DNA of 64,000 nt from an uncultured Gemmatimonadales bacterium (GCA_963823035.1 CAWGKG010000008.1:1-64000), one strand, 5' to 3'. Counted from the first letter of the stretch, positions 17,361-33,327 are shown. Translations and numbers: made by a program. Notes: generated by a model not told the origin, from the letters alone.

Positions 17361-19983
17361 TCAGCGCGTCTTCGGGTGCTCCACCTGGAGCTGGGTGATG
17401 TCGGCGTTCCACTCGGTGTCGTCACCGAGCAGGTGCTTCACGAAGTACTCGGCGCGCAGCCAGAACCAGTAGTCGCTCATGCTCCCGTAGCCGTGGCGCG
17501 CGTCCGGGAAGATGAAGAAGTCGAAGCGCTTGTTCGCCTTGATGAGCGCGTCGGCCATGCGGTACGTGTTCGCCGGATGCACGTTGTTGTCGGCCGTTCC
17601 CGTGGTGAGCATGAGGTGTCCCTTCAGGTTCGCGGCCAGCTCGGGGTTGGTCGCGATCTTGTACTCGAAGGTCACGGTCCCGGTGTCGCCCACCACCTCC
17701 TTCACGCCGTGGTGCGTCTCGGACCACCACCGGTTGTACACGTCGTTGGTGTGGTTGCCCGACGAGGACACGGCCACCTTGAAGAAGTCCGGATAGACCA
17801 GCATGGCCGCCGTCGACATGAAGCCGCCGCCCGAGTGCCCGTAGATGCCCACGCGCTCGACGTCGATGAAGTCGTAGCGGTCGGCGAGCTCCTCGGCCGC
17901 CGCCTTCTTGTCGGCCAGGCCGTAGTCGCGGAGGTTCCCGTACCCGAAGTTGTGGTACCACTTGGAGCGGTCGGGATGGCCGCCGCGGTTGCCCACCGTG
18001 ACCACGATGAAGCCGAACTGCGCCAAGCCCTGCTCGAAGGGCGCGAGCGAGAACGCCTTGGCCACCGACTCGGTCTGCGGGCCCGGATAGACATACTCCA
18101 CGATGGGGTACTTCTTCGCGGGATCGAAGTCGTACGGCTTGTACATGACGCCGTAGAGGTCCGTGACTCCGTCGGCCGCCTTCACCGTGTACGGCTCGGG
18201 GAAGGCGAAGCCCGCGTCCATGAGCAGGGAGAGGTCCGCCTCCTCGAGGTCCATGACCTTCCGTCCCGCGGCGTCGTAGAGCGCCGAGGCCGGCGTGGTG
18301 TTCACCCGCGAGTAGTTGTCGACCACGTAGTGCGCGGACTCCGACGCCTGCGCCTGGTGATCGAAGTCCCCGGGCGTGAGCATCGACAGCCCCGAGCCGT
18401 CCAGCCCGACGCGATACACGTGCCGGTAGTAGGGATCTTCGCCCTCCTCGCGGTCGTTGGCGGAGAAGAGCACGACGCCGCGCGTCTCGTCCACGCCCTC
18501 GATGCCGTCCACGTGCCACGGCCCCTGCGTCAGGCGCGCGCGCACGGTTCCGTCCGGAGCGATCCGGTAGAGATGCGCCCATCCGTCCCGCTCCGACCAC
18601 CAGACCAGGTCGCCGTTGGCGAGCCGCCACGGCGGCTGCTGCTCCTGGTAGGTGTTCATCCGCTCTTCGATCACCGCGTGCACGGCGCCCGTGGTGGGGT
18701 TCGCCACCATGACGTCGATGCGGTGCAGGTCGCGGCTGGCGCGGAAGAAGTACAGCTCGTCCGAGGTGGGTGAGAGCCACTTCGTGATCGGCACGTCGTC
18801 GGAGTTCGCGTTGGGCCCGAAGCCACGACGCGGTCCGCTCGGATCGCTGTAGACGCCCATGGTCTGATCCTTCCATGGGTCGTCGTCGATCTTCTTCATC
18901 TCCCGGCCCTGCATGTCGAACACCAGCAGCTCGGTCTGCGTGACGTCCTTCTCGCCGGGCATGTCGTACTTGTACGTCTCGAGCTGCGGGCGCTTGTTGC
19001 CGACCGTGTGGAGGACCCAGAGGTCGCCGACCTTCCGACGGTCCTGCCGCGTGAGCGCGAAATACCTGCGAGTCGTGCGACCACGAGATGCCGGCCCGCT
19101 GGCGCTTCTTGAACTCCTTCTCGGTCTCGTCGTCGTTCTCGCCGCGTCCCTGCGATCCGTAGGAGTAGTCCTTCTCACCGTCCGTGGTGAGCTGGACCTC
19201 TTCCACCTCGACCTTCTCGTCGGCGCTGTCCGCCGCCTCACCGGTCTTTCCGCGCCGAGCGTCCAGGATCTTCTGGTACTCCTCCCAGCTCATGGCCCAG
19301 AGGTTGAAGCCACGGCTGAACACCACCCAGGTGGTGTCGGGCGACACGCTCGCCCAGCTCGGGTGGTTGTCCGGGGCCTCGTAGTCGTCGAGCATGCGCA
19401 CCGTGCGTGTGTTCACGTCGTACTCGAAGTGCAGCATCTTCTTCTTCGTCCGGCGGCTGGTGACGTCCTGCCGGTTCCGGCGATCCTGCTGCAGCGTGTC
19501 CTGGCGGACCTGCGTCGAGTCCTTCTCGACCTCCTCGTCCTGCGACGACTGCACGTCGAACTGGATGGTGTGGTCGTCGATGAAGCGGATGTTCCGGATG
19601 GGCAGGTGCTGCCCGTCCCACGGATCGAGCGTCAGGCGGGTGAGCTCGGCCGCGATGCGGTCGTTGTCGAAGATCTCCCGCTTGGTGCCGCGGGCGGGGT
19701 CGACGAGGTAGTAGTGGGTCCCCTGCGGGGTCTCCCACTCGTACCAGAAGCGATCGCCGTGATCGATCCACCGCGGAGACACCGACGTGCTCTTCACGAG
19801 GTCGCGGATCCTGTACGGCGCGAATCGAGCGGCGAGCCGGTAGTTGGCGGAGCCGGGGCCGCCGACCATCGTCGGAGCCGCGGTCTGGGATAGGGCGGGC
19901 GTCCACGCCCCGACGCCTCCGGCCAGGACTACGGCGAGGAGGAGCGCGGTGGGCACGCGCGTGCGACGAGCTCTGTCTGCCAT
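17361..19983 (-). CDS. S9B dipeptidyl-peptidase IV family (apparent frameshift near 19065)
   Basis: Signal peptide, DPPIV N-terminal region, VYPGPQ, GHSGGG, DNNVHP, HGY catalytic motifs. Confidence 0.88.
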
Positions 19984-20090
19984 GAATCCCTCTCAGGACG
20001 GGTGGTACGTTGTGCAGGCCAAGAGGCGTCCCTGATCCCGTCGAGGCAATAGGGAGACTTCCGCGACGGCGAGACGGCTGCGAAGACGCG

Positions 20091-20646
20091 TCAGTCCGCG
20101 CGCTCGGGAAGGGGCGCTGCGGGCGGGAGGAGGAGGTCCTCGAGGAAGAAGGCCGACAGCTCCGAACGGCCCGCCAGCCCGGACTTCCGGTAGACGGCCA
20201 CGGCGTGCTGGCGCACGGTGCGCTCGCTGCGCCCGGTGAGCTTGCCGATCCGCTTGTGGCTGTAGCCCTTCAGCAGCATCAGGGCCGTCTCCCGCTCGGC
20301 GGCGGTCAGTTTCCAGCGCTCGAACTGGTCCGACATCGCCGAGGACAGGCCGTCGAGCACGCGCCCGGCGCGGGCCTTCCACGCGTCGCGCTCGGCCCGG
20401 CGCTCGGCGACCTCCACCTCGAGGCTGCGGACGTCGCGGAGGGTGCGGTACCACCCCCAGGCGAGGTACGAAGCGGCGCCCATGCTCAGCAGGACCAGCG
20501 TGATCTCGGCCAGCACGTGCACGCTCCACAGCGTGTCCGGCCGGTCCATCAGGAGGTCGGCCGCGGCTGCGACCACGATCAGGGAGAAGATGCCGGCCAG
20601 CACCAGGTGGAGGCGGGGAGGCGCGTCGCTGTTGGGCTTCTCTCAT
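20091..20646 (-). CDS. membrane-anchored LuxR-type HTH regulator (start uncertain; possible 1-nt error near 20644)
   Basis: Two TM helices, coiled coil, LTAAERETALMLLKGYSHKRIG..ERTVRQHAVAVYRKSGL. Confidence 0.85.
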
Positions 20647-20766
20647 GCCATCTCCGTCATTTGCCGGATGCGCGTGAGGGCCCTGGCGTGACGTGTGGAG
20701 CATCTGTCGGATGGAGGGTGACCCTAAGATCGCCGAGGTTGGGGGGGTCCCTCAACAGGAGGCTTC

Positions 20767-21291
20767 ATGCCGAACCCCCTTCATCCCGCCGTCGTCCACT
20801 TCCCGCTCGTTCTGGCGGTTCTCTTTCCCTTCGTTGCCGGGCTCGCGCTGTACGCCTCCCGGCGGCCCGGTGCGGGGCGCGGGGCCTGGTTGGGCCTGGC
20901 CGCGATGGCGCTCCTGCTCGTGGGCTCCGCCTGGCTCGCGATCGAGACCGGTCAGAGCCAGGAGGATGTCGTCGAGCGCGTGGTGTCCGAAGGCTTGATC
21001 CAAGGGCACGAGGAAGCCGCCGAAGGACTGCTGCTCGGGTCCGTCATCCTCTTCGGGGTGATCCTCGCGGGGCTCCTCCGCGGGAAGGTCGGCCAGGCGG
21101 CACGCTGGGCCTCGGTTCTGGGCGGCGTGGTCGTGCTCGGGCTCGCGGTCCGGGTCGGTGGCCTCGGTGGTGCGCTGGTCTACGAGCACGGGGCCGCGTC
21201 CGTGTACGTCGCCGCGGCGCCCGGCGCCGGGGGTGCCGGCCCCGAAGCCCGGTCGATGCGTCGGGGTGACGACGACGACGAGCATCGCTGA
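20767..21291 (+). CDS. DUF2231-like membrane protein
   Basis: PLHPAVVHFPLVL N-terminus, HEE, GGALVYEHG. Confidence 0.75.
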   Translation: MPNPLHPAVVHFPLVLAVLFPFVAGLALYASRRPGAGRGAWLGLAAMALLLVGSAWLAIETGQSQEDVVERVVSEGLIQGHEEAAEGLLLGSVILFGVILAGLLRGKVGQAARWASVLGGVVVLGLAVRVGGLGGALVYEHGAASVYVAAAPGAGGAGPEARSMRRGDDDDEHR

Positions 21292-21449
21292 GGACCTGCA
21301 CGCCGACCGCACACGCCTGACGGCGGGGGTCGTCACGGCCTTCTGACGGCGGCGGACTCGACGGCCCGGAGGGTGCGGCACTCGCTTCGCGCCTTCCGGG
21401 CCGTACCTTTACGGCGCTCCGTGCGCAGGAATCCGCCGCCCCGCATTCG

Positions 21450-24502
<3,053 letters not shown>

Positions 24503-24583
24503 GGAACGCAGGGGCCGGAAAGGGAAGGCGCCGGCATCCTCTCGGGACGCCGGCGCCGCGGGACCTCGTCGGTCCGGCCGTCC

Positions 24584-24955
24584 CTACTTCTTCTTGGCTG
24601 CCTTCTTCGCCGCCTTCTTGGCGGGCTTCTTCGCGGCCTTCTTGGCTGCCTTCTTCGCGGCCTTCTTGGCCGGCTTCTTGGCTGCCTTCTTCGCGGCCTT
24701 CTTGGCCGGCTTCTTCGCGGCTTTCTTCTTGGCCGGCTTCTTGGCCGTCTTCTTCACGGGAGCCTTCTTGGCCCGCTTCTTCGCGGCCTTCTTCGCGGCC
24801 TTCTTGGCGGGCCGCTTCTTCGCGCCAGCCGCCTTCTTGGTGGCGGGCCGCTTGGCTGCCTTCTTCGCTGCGGGCTTCTTCGCGGCCTTCTTGGCGGCCT
24901 TTTTCTTGGCCGGCTTCTTGGCTGCGGTCTTCTTCGTGCTCTTCTTGGTCGCCAC
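24584..24955 (-). CDS. histone H1-like Lys/Ala/Pro-rich nucleoid protein (123 aa)
   Basis: GTG start after GGAGG; almost entirely KKAA/KKPA repeats with AAG/GCC/GCG codon bias. Confidence 0.85.
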   Translation of the reverse strand: MATKKSTKKTAAKKPAKKKAAKKAAKKPAAKKAAKRPATKKAAGAKKRPAKKAAKKAAKKRAKKAPVKKTAKKPAKKKAAKKPAKKAAKKAAKKPAKKAAKKAAKKAAKKPAKKAAKKAAKKK

Positions 24956-25223
24956 GGGTTGCCTCCGGAAGCAGGGTACGACCTCAACGTGTTCGCGAAC
25001 GACTTCTATGTAGTGCAATTCTCCGCGCGTGCGCAATAGGCGCGCACGGTGAACCTACGAGATGTCGTGGTGACCTCTTCGCAGGGGCACCAGATGCTGT
25101 GGGCGTCGGACGTCGCGCGACCCGGTTTCGGGAGGGTCGAGCGGGAGGGGTGTCGCGAGCGAATCCGTTTCGTCATGATTGTTCGTCGCCTCAGCGGTGA
25201 CGTCCGCACGACCGAGGAATCCC

Positions 25224-26012
25224 ATGCGTGCCCGTACCAGCGAAGACACGCTCCGCGAGCTCAAGAGCCGGGGAGCTCGACGGCTCAAGCGCATCAACTT
25301 CAGGGCCAATCGAAGCACCATCTGGTCGCTGACGCAGGGCGCCACGGTGCTCAACCTGCACGTGGCGTATCGTCGTGCGCCGGCTTCGATTCTCGATGCG
25401 CTCGCGACCATCGTACGTGGTCGCGGGTGGCGCACCGAAGCCGTGCGCGAAGCATCGGAGCGTGTGGCGAACTGGCCTGGCCTCACGCCCGTTCTCGAGG
25501 CCGTACGCAAGTCGCACGCGCAACGCATGCGTCGCGGCGCGCGCTGCGGGGGTGACGAGGAGCCGACGCATTGCTGCGCGACCGCGGAGCAGCGTGCGTA
25601 CCTGCGCTCGCTGTACCGCTATCTCAACAAGACCCGCTTCGACGGTCTCCTTCCCGACGACGTGCCGGTCCGCCTGAGCAACCGCATGAGCGCCTCCCTC
25701 GGGCACATGATCCCCGGGCAGGACCGCCGCCGCGGGCGTTACGTGCTCGAGCTCGCGTTGAACGTCGATCTCATGCTCGAGGGCAACGGCGCCGAGCGCA
25801 TGGACACGCTGTTGCACGAGATGGCGCATATTGCGGATTACCTGTTCGACGGGAACTACGGACACGGCGCTTCGTGGAAGGCATGGGCGCGCCACGCCGG
25901 CTGTCGGGCGGAGACGCGATACGATCGTCCGGTCGTGCGCCGTCGGCGGCGGCAGCAGCGGGTGACCCGCGTGCCGCCACTCCCGCTGGCGCTGCGCAGG
26001 CGCGCGGCCTGA
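25224..26012 (+). CDS. SprT-like zinc metalloprotease
   Basis: LNKTRFDG, SNRMSASLG, TLLHEMAH, HGASWK. Confidence 0.85.
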   Translation: MRARTSEDTLRELKSRGARRLKRINFRANRSTIWSLTQGATVLNLHVAYRRAPASILDALATIVRGRGWRTEAVREASERVANWPGLTPVLEAVRKSHAQRMRRGARCGGDEEPTHCCATAEQRAYLRSLYRYLNKTRFDGLLPDDVPVRLSNRMSASLGHMIPGQDRRRGRYVLELALNVDLMLEGNGAERMDTLLHEMAHIADYLFDGNYGHGASWKAWARHAGCRAETRYDRPVVRRRRRQQRVTRVPPLPLALRRRAA

Positions 26013-26127
26013 GCCGAACGTCCACGGGCGCGTCTTCCTCGGCGCGTCGCTCCTCCATGCGGCGCACTCCCTCCTGCAACGGGCGTGCCGCAAACGCAGG
26101 TCGCGGACCTCGGGCCCGCGGTCGCGC

Positions 26128-28130
26128 TCAGTCGAGCAGCGCGCGCACCGCTTCCACGACCGCGTCGGTCGTGATGCCGAACTTCGCGTAGAGCACCTCG
26201 GCCGGCGCCGAGGCACCGAAGCGATCGAGTCCGATCGCGCGCCCCTGCGAGCCGATCCAACGCTCCCATCCGAAGGTCGAAGAGGCTTCCACGGATACGC
26301 GCGCCGTAACGGCCGGAGGAAGCACGCGGTGGCGATACGCCACGCTCTGCTCTGCGAACAGGCGCCAGCTCGGCAGGCTCACCACGCGCGTCGGCACGCC
26401 ACCCGCCTCGAGGGTCTCGCGCGCTTCGAGCGCGAGTGACAGCTCGGTGCCGGACGCGATGAGGATCGCACGCGGGGCGTCACCGCTCGCCTCGGCGAGG
26501 ACGTAGCCTCCGCGGCGCAGATCGTCGGCCGAGGCCAACACCTCCCGATCGAGAACGGGAACGGATTGCCGGGAGAGGGCAAGGAAGGTCGGTCCGCCCT
26601 CGCGCTCGAGCGCGACCTGCCAGGCCACCGCCGTCTCGGCCGCGTCGCCCGGGCGGATGTCGCACAGGCCCGGCACGGCGCGCAGCGCCGCCAGCTGCTC
26701 GATGGGCTGGTGGGTGGGTCCGTCTTCGCCAAGGCCGATGGAGTCGTGTGTGAAGACGTAGGTCACCCGCTGCCGCATCAAAGCCGCCAGGCGGATGGCC
26801 GGACGCATGTAGTCGGAGAAGATGAGGAAGGTGCCACCGAACGGACGCACGCCACCGTGCAGGGCCATGCCGTTCATCACGGCGCCCATGGCGTGCTCGC
26901 GTATGCCGAAGTGCATCACACGCCCACCGGGGGTCGCGGCCTCCAGGTCTCCGGCGCCCTTGATGCCGGTCTTGTTCGACGGCTCGAGGTCGGCCGAGCC
27001 CCCCACCAGGTTCGGCACGCGCTTGGCCAGTCCCTGGAGCACCTTGCCCGACCAGTTGCGGGTCGCGTCGGCCTTCTCCGGGTGGGTGAGGTCCGGGACG
27101 TCGGCGGCCCAGTCCGTGGGCAGCTGTCCGGTGTTGGCGCGCTCGAACTCCTCCGCGGCGTCCGGGTGCTCCGCGCGGTAGACCTGGTAGCGCGCGTTCC
27201 ACGCCTCCTGCAGGCGCTCGCCCTTTCGCACGCATGCGCGCCAGTGCTCTCTGGCGCCTTCGTCCACCCAGAAGGGGTCGAGCGAAGGGTACCCCAGGTT
27301 CTTCTTGGTCGCCTCGATCTCCTCACGGCCGAGGGGCGAGCCGTGCGCGCCCGCCGTTCCCACCTTGTTCGGGCTGCCGTACGCGATCTCGGTGCGTAGC
27401 ACGATGAGGCTCGGCCGCTCGGTCTCGCGCTTCGCCTCCTCGAGCGCGAGGTCCATCGCCTCGAGGTCGTTGCCGTCGTGCACATGGATCACGTGCCAAC
27501 CGTACGCCTGGAAGCGGAGCGCCTGGTCCGCCGAGCGGGCGAGCGCCGTATCGCCCTCGATCGTGATGTGGTTGTCGTCCCAGATCCAGGTGAGCTTGCC
27601 GAGGCCGAGGTGGCCGGCCAGCTCGGCCGCCTCGTGGCTGATCCCCTCCATGAGGTCGCCGTCCGAGCAGACGGCGAACGTCATGTGGTCCACGATCGTC
27701 GTGCCCGGACCGGTTGTAGCGCTCCGCGAGCCACCGCTCGGTGAGCGCCATCCCGACGGACATCGCCACGCCCTGGCCGAGCGGCCCCGTGGTGCACTCC
27801 ACGCCGGGCGTGTGCCCGTACTCGGGGTGGCCCGGGCGTGGCGGAGCCCCACTGCCGGAACTGCCGGAGGTCCTCCTCGCTGACGTCGTACCCGCTCAGG
27901 TGGAGGATGGAGTAGAGCAGCATGGAGGCGTGTCCGGCCGACAGCACGAAGCGGTCGCGATCCGGCCACCCCGGGTTCCTCGGGTTGTGGCGCAGGTGCC
28001 GGTGGAAGAGCACGTACCCGATGGGCGCGAGCGCCATCGGCGTGCCGGGGTGTCCGGAGTTGGCCTGCTGCACCGCGTCCATGGAAAGGACACGAACCGC
28101 GTCGATGGCCAGGCGCTCGATGGAGTTCAT
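26128..28130 (-). CDS. tkt: transketolase (apparent frameshifts near 27715 and 27835)
   Basis: [55 protein letters not shown]. Confidence 0.95.
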
Positions 28131-30580
28131 GACACCACGAAGTTGACGAGACGATCCTTCACGAACACGACCTTCCGTTCCGTGGCGCCACTCAGGTGGC
28201 GCGCCACGTTCTCCTCGGCCCGGGCTGCGCCGACCACGTCCGCCTGCTCCGATCCTCTCGCCACCGCGATGGTCCCGCGCAGCCTACCGTTCACCTGCAC
28301 GGCCACGTTCACCGTATCCTCGATGGTCTTGGCCTCGTCCCAGGCGGGCCAGTTCGACCCTTCGAAGATGCCGTGCTCGTGGCCCAGACGCTCCCACAGC
28401 TCCTCGGCCATGTGCGGCGCGAAGGGCGCCACGAGCACCACCAGGGGCTCGACCTCCGCGCGCACGGCCGCGCGACCGCCCGACCGCACCGCGTTCAGGT
28501 ACTCCATCATCGCCGCGATCGCGGTGTTGTACTGCAGCTCCGGGAGCTGGTGCGTGACCTGCTTGATCGTCTGGTGCAGCTTACACTCCACCGCCGCGTC
28601 CGGCTCGCCCTCGCCCGCGGACAGGACCGTGTCCCACAGTCGATGCAGGAACCCGAACGGCCCCTGGATGCCCTCCTGGCGGTAGTCGCCGCCGCTCTCG
28701 AACGGACCCAGGAACATCAGGTACGTGCGGAAGGTGTCCGCGCCGTACTCCTCGATGATCGGGTCCGGCACGATCACGTTCCCCTTGCTCTTCGACATCT
28801 TCGCGCCCTCGGCGATGATCAGCCCGTGCGCGCGGAAGACCGTGAACGGCTCCTCGAAGTCGAGGTGCCCCAGGTCGTGGAGCACCATGGTCAGGAAGCG
28901 CGAATAGAGCAGGTGCAGCACCGCGTGCTCGTTGCCGCCGATGTACGCATCCACCGGCAGCCAGTGCTTCGTCATCGCCGGGTCGAACGGCTTGTCGTCG
29001 AAATCCGTCGACGGGTAGCGCAGGAAGTACCAGCCCGAGTCCAGGAAGGTGTCCGACACGTCCGTCTCGCGCCGCGCCTCGCCACCGCACTCCGGGCAGG
29101 TGGTCCGGTACCACGCCTCGACGCGCGCGAGGGGGCTCACGCCGGTGTCGTCCGGCTTGAAGTCCTCGACGCGGGGCAGCACGACCGGCAGCTCGCTCTC
29201 CGGAACCGCCACCGGTCCGCAGCTTCCGCAGTGGACGATGGGAATCGGGGGGCCCCAGTAGCGCTGCCGCGAGATGCACCAGTCGCGCAGTCGGAAGTTG
29301 ACGTCGAGCTCGCCCCAGCCGTCCTGCGCGGCCCATGCGGTCACGACGCGCACGGACTCCGAGACGTCCGTCCCGTCGAACTCCCCGGAGTTCACCAGCG
29401 TACCCGGTCCGACGTACGCCTCGGCGAGCGGCGTGTCCGCGTCGGCGTCCGGGCCGGCCACCACCCGCACGATCGGCAGGCCCAGCTGCGTCGCGAACTC
29501 GAAGTCACGCTCGTCGTGGCCGGGAACGGCCATGATCGCGCCGGTGCCGTATTCCATCAGCACGTAGTCCGCGATCCACACCGGAATGGCCGCGCCGGTC
29601 GCCGGATTGCGGCAGTGGCCGCCGGTGAACACGCCCGTCTTCGTCTTGTCGACCTTCTGGCGCGCCACCATGTCCTTGTGCGTCGCTTCCTCGCGGTACG
29701 AGCGCACCGCGTCGCGGTGCTCGTCGTCGGTCAAGGCGTCGACCAGGGGATGCTCGGGCGCCAGCACCATGTAGGTGGCGCCGAACACGGTGTCGGGCCG
29801 GGTGGTGAACACCTCGATCTCCCGGCCCGTCGTGTCGCTCGCGGCGTCGAGGACGGGGAAGCGCAGGCGCGCGCCTTCACTGCGCCCGATCCAGTTCGTC
29901 TGGGCCGCGCGGGTCGAGTCCGACCAGTCCAGCGTGCGCAGGTTGCGGAGCAGGCGCTCGGCGTACTTCGTGATCTTGAAGAACCACTGCGCGATCCGGC
30001 GCTGCTCGACCGGCGTGCCGCAGCGCTCGCAGGCGCCGCCGATGACCTGCTCGTTGGCCAGCACGGTCATGCACGACGGACACCAGTTGACCGGAGCTTC
30101 CTTGCGCTCGGCCAGCCCGGCCTTGAAGAGCTGCAGGAAGATCCACTGCGTCCACCTGTAGTACGCCGGGTCCGTCGTGTTGACCGCGTGGTTCCAGTCG
30201 AACATCCCGCCGGTACGGCGGAGCTGGCGCGTGAAGTTGGCGACGTTCGACGGGATCAGGTCCATCGGATGGATCCCGCGCTTGAGCGCGAAGTTCTCCG
30301 AGTGGATCCCGAAGGCGTCGAAGCCGATCGGCTCGAAGACCGTCCGCCCGCGCAGGCGCTGATAACGCCCATGGACGTCGGCGCCGGTGAACGCGTAGAT
30401 GTTGCCCACGTGGAGCCCCTCCGCGGAGGGGTAGGGGAACATCATCAGGTTGTAGAACGGCTTTTCGGCCGTGGTCAGCCCGTCGCGCGAGAAGGTGTTC
30501 GTGCCGCGCTCGTCCCAGCGGCGCTGCCACTTCTCCTCGACCTGCGAAGGGCTGTAGGGGTCTCTCTCTTCGGTCGACAT
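28127..30580 (-). CDS. leuS: leucyl-tRNA synthetase
   Basis: [14 protein letters not shown], editing domain [24 protein letters not shown]. Confidence 0.97.
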   Translation of the reverse strand: MSTEERDPYSPSQVEEKWQRRWDERGTNTFSRDGLTTAEKPFYNLMMFPYPSAEGLHVGNIYAFTGADVHGRYQRLRGRTVFEPIGFDAFGIHSENFALKRGIHPMDLIPSNVANFTRQLRRTGGMFDWNHAVNTTDPAYYRWTQWIFLQLFKAGLAERKEAPVNWCPSCMTVLANEQVIGGACERCGTPVEQRRIAQWFFKITKYAERLLRNLRTLDWSDSTRAAQTNWIGRSEGARLRFPVLDAASDTTGREIEVFTTRPDTVFGATYMVLAPEHPLVDALTDDEHRDAVRSYREEATHKDMVARQKVDKTKTGVFTGGHCRNPATGAAIPVWIADYVLMEYGTGAIMAVPGHDERDFEFATQLGLPIVRVVAGPDADADTPLAEAYVGPGTLVNSGEFDGTDVSESVRVVTAWAAQDGWGELDVNFRLRDWCISRQRYWGPPIPIVHCGSCGPVAVPESELPVVLPRVEDFKPDDTGVSPLARVEAWYRTTCPECGGEARRETDVSDTFLDSGWYFLRYPSTDFDDKPFDPAMTKHWLPVDAYIGGNEHAVLHLLYSRFLTMVLHDLGHLDFEEPFTVFRAHGLIIAEGAKMSKSKGNVIVPDPIIEEYGADTFRTYLMFLGPFESGGDYRQEGIQGPFGFLHRLWDTVLSAGEGEPDAAVECKLHQTIKQVTHQLPELQYNTAIAAMMEYLNAVRSGGRAAVRAEVEPLVVLVAPFAPHMAEELWERLGHEHGIFEGSNWPAWDEAKTIEDTVNVAVQVNGRLRGTIAVARGSEQADVVGAARAEENVARHLSGATERKVVFVKDRLVNFVVS

Positions 30581-30680
30581 GCTGATACGGACCTGCGGTC
30601 TCCGGGTCTTCGCAAGGGAAGCCGCAAACTAAACGGGCGCGAGGCCGAGCCCAAGTGCGACGGGGCTCGTCGCCCGGTCC

Positions 30681-32223
30681 CTACGCCGCTGGGCGCCCCC
30701 GCAGCCACGCCTCGCGAAGCGCCACCTGCGACGGGGTGGCGTCCGGCATCATCTCGAAGCGCGGATGGTCGCCGTCCACGAAGCGGATGCCGAGCTTGGC
30801 GTAGTACTCGGCGATCGGCAGCGGCTCGGCGGCCTTCACGTACCGATCGAAGAAGTCACCGATCTCGCGGGAACGTCATCTCCGTGACCACGTCGAAGAA
30901 GCGATCCTCGGGGAACGGGCGGTCCTTCCCGTAGCGATCGGCCAGCTCCAGCACCAGCTCGCGCAGGCCGCGCTTTCCGCCCGACAGCTCGAGGAGGCGG
31001 ATGTCCAGCAGCCCGGCGACCAGCGCGCCGCGCATGTAGATGTTGCCGTACTGCCGCTGGCCGGCGTCCGTGTACGAGGTGAGCGCCAGCTTCCGCAGCG
31101 AGTAGCTCGGGTCGAAGTACCTCCGGTCGGTGACGATCTTCTCGATCTGCTTGTCGAGGTACACGGGAAGCTGGACCAGGTCCGAGCGCAGCTGCATCGC
31201 GTCCGAGGCCCACTCGGTCACGCCCTCGTAGAGCCAGAGGTGCTGCGACGGCGTGGGGTGCTCGAAGTCGAAGTGGGCGATGATCTCGCTGTGGATGTTC
31301 AGCGGCGTCATCACGTGGAAGAACTCGTGCGCGGCGATGTCGGTCAGGTTCCGGCCCACCGCGGGCGTCCACACCGCCGGCTCCGCGAGCACGTACTCCG
31401 AGCTGTAGCTGTGCTCCCACGCGCCCATGCTCGTGTCCTCGAAATGCCAGAGGAAGGCGTAGCGGTCCACCGGCAGTCCGTGCAGGAACGCCCCGGCCGA
31501 GGTGAGCATGTCGCCCATGCTGCTCAGGAGCTGCTTCGCCCGGATCTTCCCGGTCTTCGAGTAGACCCAGACCTCCACGGGGACGTCGCCCACCGAGAGG
31601 GTCGCCTCCGTGAGCGTGCTGCCCATGAGGAAGGGCGAGTCGACGAGCTGGTCGTAGTCGTCCGCGTGGTACCATCCGTCCGCGTCCGGCACCAGGGCCG
31701 ACCCGACCTTCCACGCCTCCGGTCGCTGGAAGCGCACCCGCACGGGCAGCCCCTGCCGGCGCGCGGGATACCCGAACACGGCGTGCGGGCTCACCAGCAC
31801 GTTGTCGGCTTCGATCGACGTGCCGCACATCAGGTACGGGACGTGCTCCTCCACCGGCGTGTCCCACGTCTCGGCGATGGCGTAGCGGATCGTCCGCACG
31901 CGCGCCGGATCCGCGAGTCGCCACTGGTTCGTCGACACGCGGGCGGTCGGCACTTCGCGGCCGTCGGCGTCGAACGCTCCGAAGCGCTCCACGTAGCGGC
32001 CGATGTCCATGATCTGGTAGGTGCCCGGCGCGGTCGCCGCGAACTGGAAGATCGAGTCGGCGGCGTCGAGCCTCTCCAGCGCCACCACGACCTTGAAGCG
32101 ATCGTCGTCGCGGTCGAGGAGGTTCACCTCGTAGGACGTCGTCTGCGCCGCGACCCGGCTTCCGCCCCAGGCGGTCGTCCCCACGACGCCCGCCAGCACC
32201 ACCCACCACCTCCCTCGCGTCAT
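30681..32223 (-). CDS. M61 glycyl aminopeptidase-like protein (apparent frameshift near 30870)
   Basis: Own signal peptide, APGTYQIMD, GAWEH, AAHEFFH, LWLYEGVTEW. Confidence 0.8.
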
Positions 32224-33327
32224 CCTCCCGTCTCCCCCTTCGGAAGCATGCTCGAACGGATCCTCCACCTGGCCCACGCCGGCCTTCAGGTCGGCCAGCA
32301 CCTTCTTCAGGTCCCCGCCGTCCGCCTCCAGCAGCCCCTCGAAGTCGGGGAGCCTGTGGTAGTAGCGGATGCGCGCGAGCAGCGTCGCGTTGTTCAGCGG
32401 CACGTTGCGGAAGCCGCCGAAGCCCACGCTCTCGAAGGTCGGTGCCACGTCCGCGTCGAAGCGGCGCAGGGCCGCCGCGAAGACCTCCTCGCGCTGCGCG
32501 ATCTTCTGCTCGCGCGTGAGGTCCGTGCGGCCGTACACCGCCTCGAGGTCCGCCACCAGCGCGTCCACGAAGACGCTGAACCTCTGGAAGTCCCGCCAGC
32601 GCGCCTCGGCGCGCCGGCACTTCACCGTGTCCGGTCCGCCTCCCTGCCGCGTGCAGAAGAAGCGGATCGCGCCGACGCGGCCGACGAAGGTGGCGTAGCT
32701 CTCGTTGAAGCCCACGCGGCCGGGCACGAAGAGGTGTCGGTGGGACAGCTCGTGCAGCACGGTCTCCACCACCTCGACGTCGTCGGTGTGCAGCATGGAC
32801 GACAGCACCGGATCGTTGAACCACCCCAGCGTGCTGAACGCCGCCGTGGGGCGCAGGTACGTGTCGTATCCCTTCCCGTCGAGCTCTTCCTGTGCCTCGC
32901 GCGCGTCGCCCTCGTCGAAGTACCCCTTGTAGGGGACGGCGCCCACGATCGGGAACCACCACGTCTTCGGCACGAGCCGGTCCTTCTCGGCCGCCGAGAG
33001 CACCATCGCGAGCGTGTCGCTCCGGAGCTGCGTGAACTGGGTGTACGCGTCGCCGACGTCGATGCCGAGCTCGTCCGCCGCGAACGTGCGGGCCTCCCAG
33101 ATGAAGGCGAGCTTGCCGCGGGTGTCCGCGTCCGTCGCGGAGTCCGTCATCACCTCGGTGATCGGCCGACGCGCGCGCAGGATCCTCGCCTCGGCCAGCC
33201 CGGCCTTCATCACGTAGACCGGCGAGCATGCCCAGCACCCGGCCACGAGGGCCAGGCCCACGACGACCACGGTGCCACGGATCACGCGGGTGCGCCGCCG
33301 GCTCTTCGCCGGGGTGGTCGTCTTCAC
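32220..33327 (-). CDS. putative zinc aminopeptidase (HExxH), probably a separate gene from the M61 protein
   Basis: WWFPIVGAVPYKGYF, AFSTLGWFNDP, LHELSH, FNESYA, LNNA. Confidence 0.8.

Noticed and set aside
24594..25013. Phe/Ala/Leu-rich membrane-like ORF
   Set aside because: It is the antisense shadow of the Lys/Ala-rich H1-like gene, which has the RBS.
28196..30934. Very long antisense ORFs here and opposite most genes
   Set aside because: Expected in high-GC coding DNA; no family motifs.
30856..33327. 823-aa double-peptidase fusion
   Set aside because: Removing one base near 32250 gives ...DPFSMLPKGETGG-stop overlapping an ATGA start, and the second half has its own signal peptide; probably two genes.
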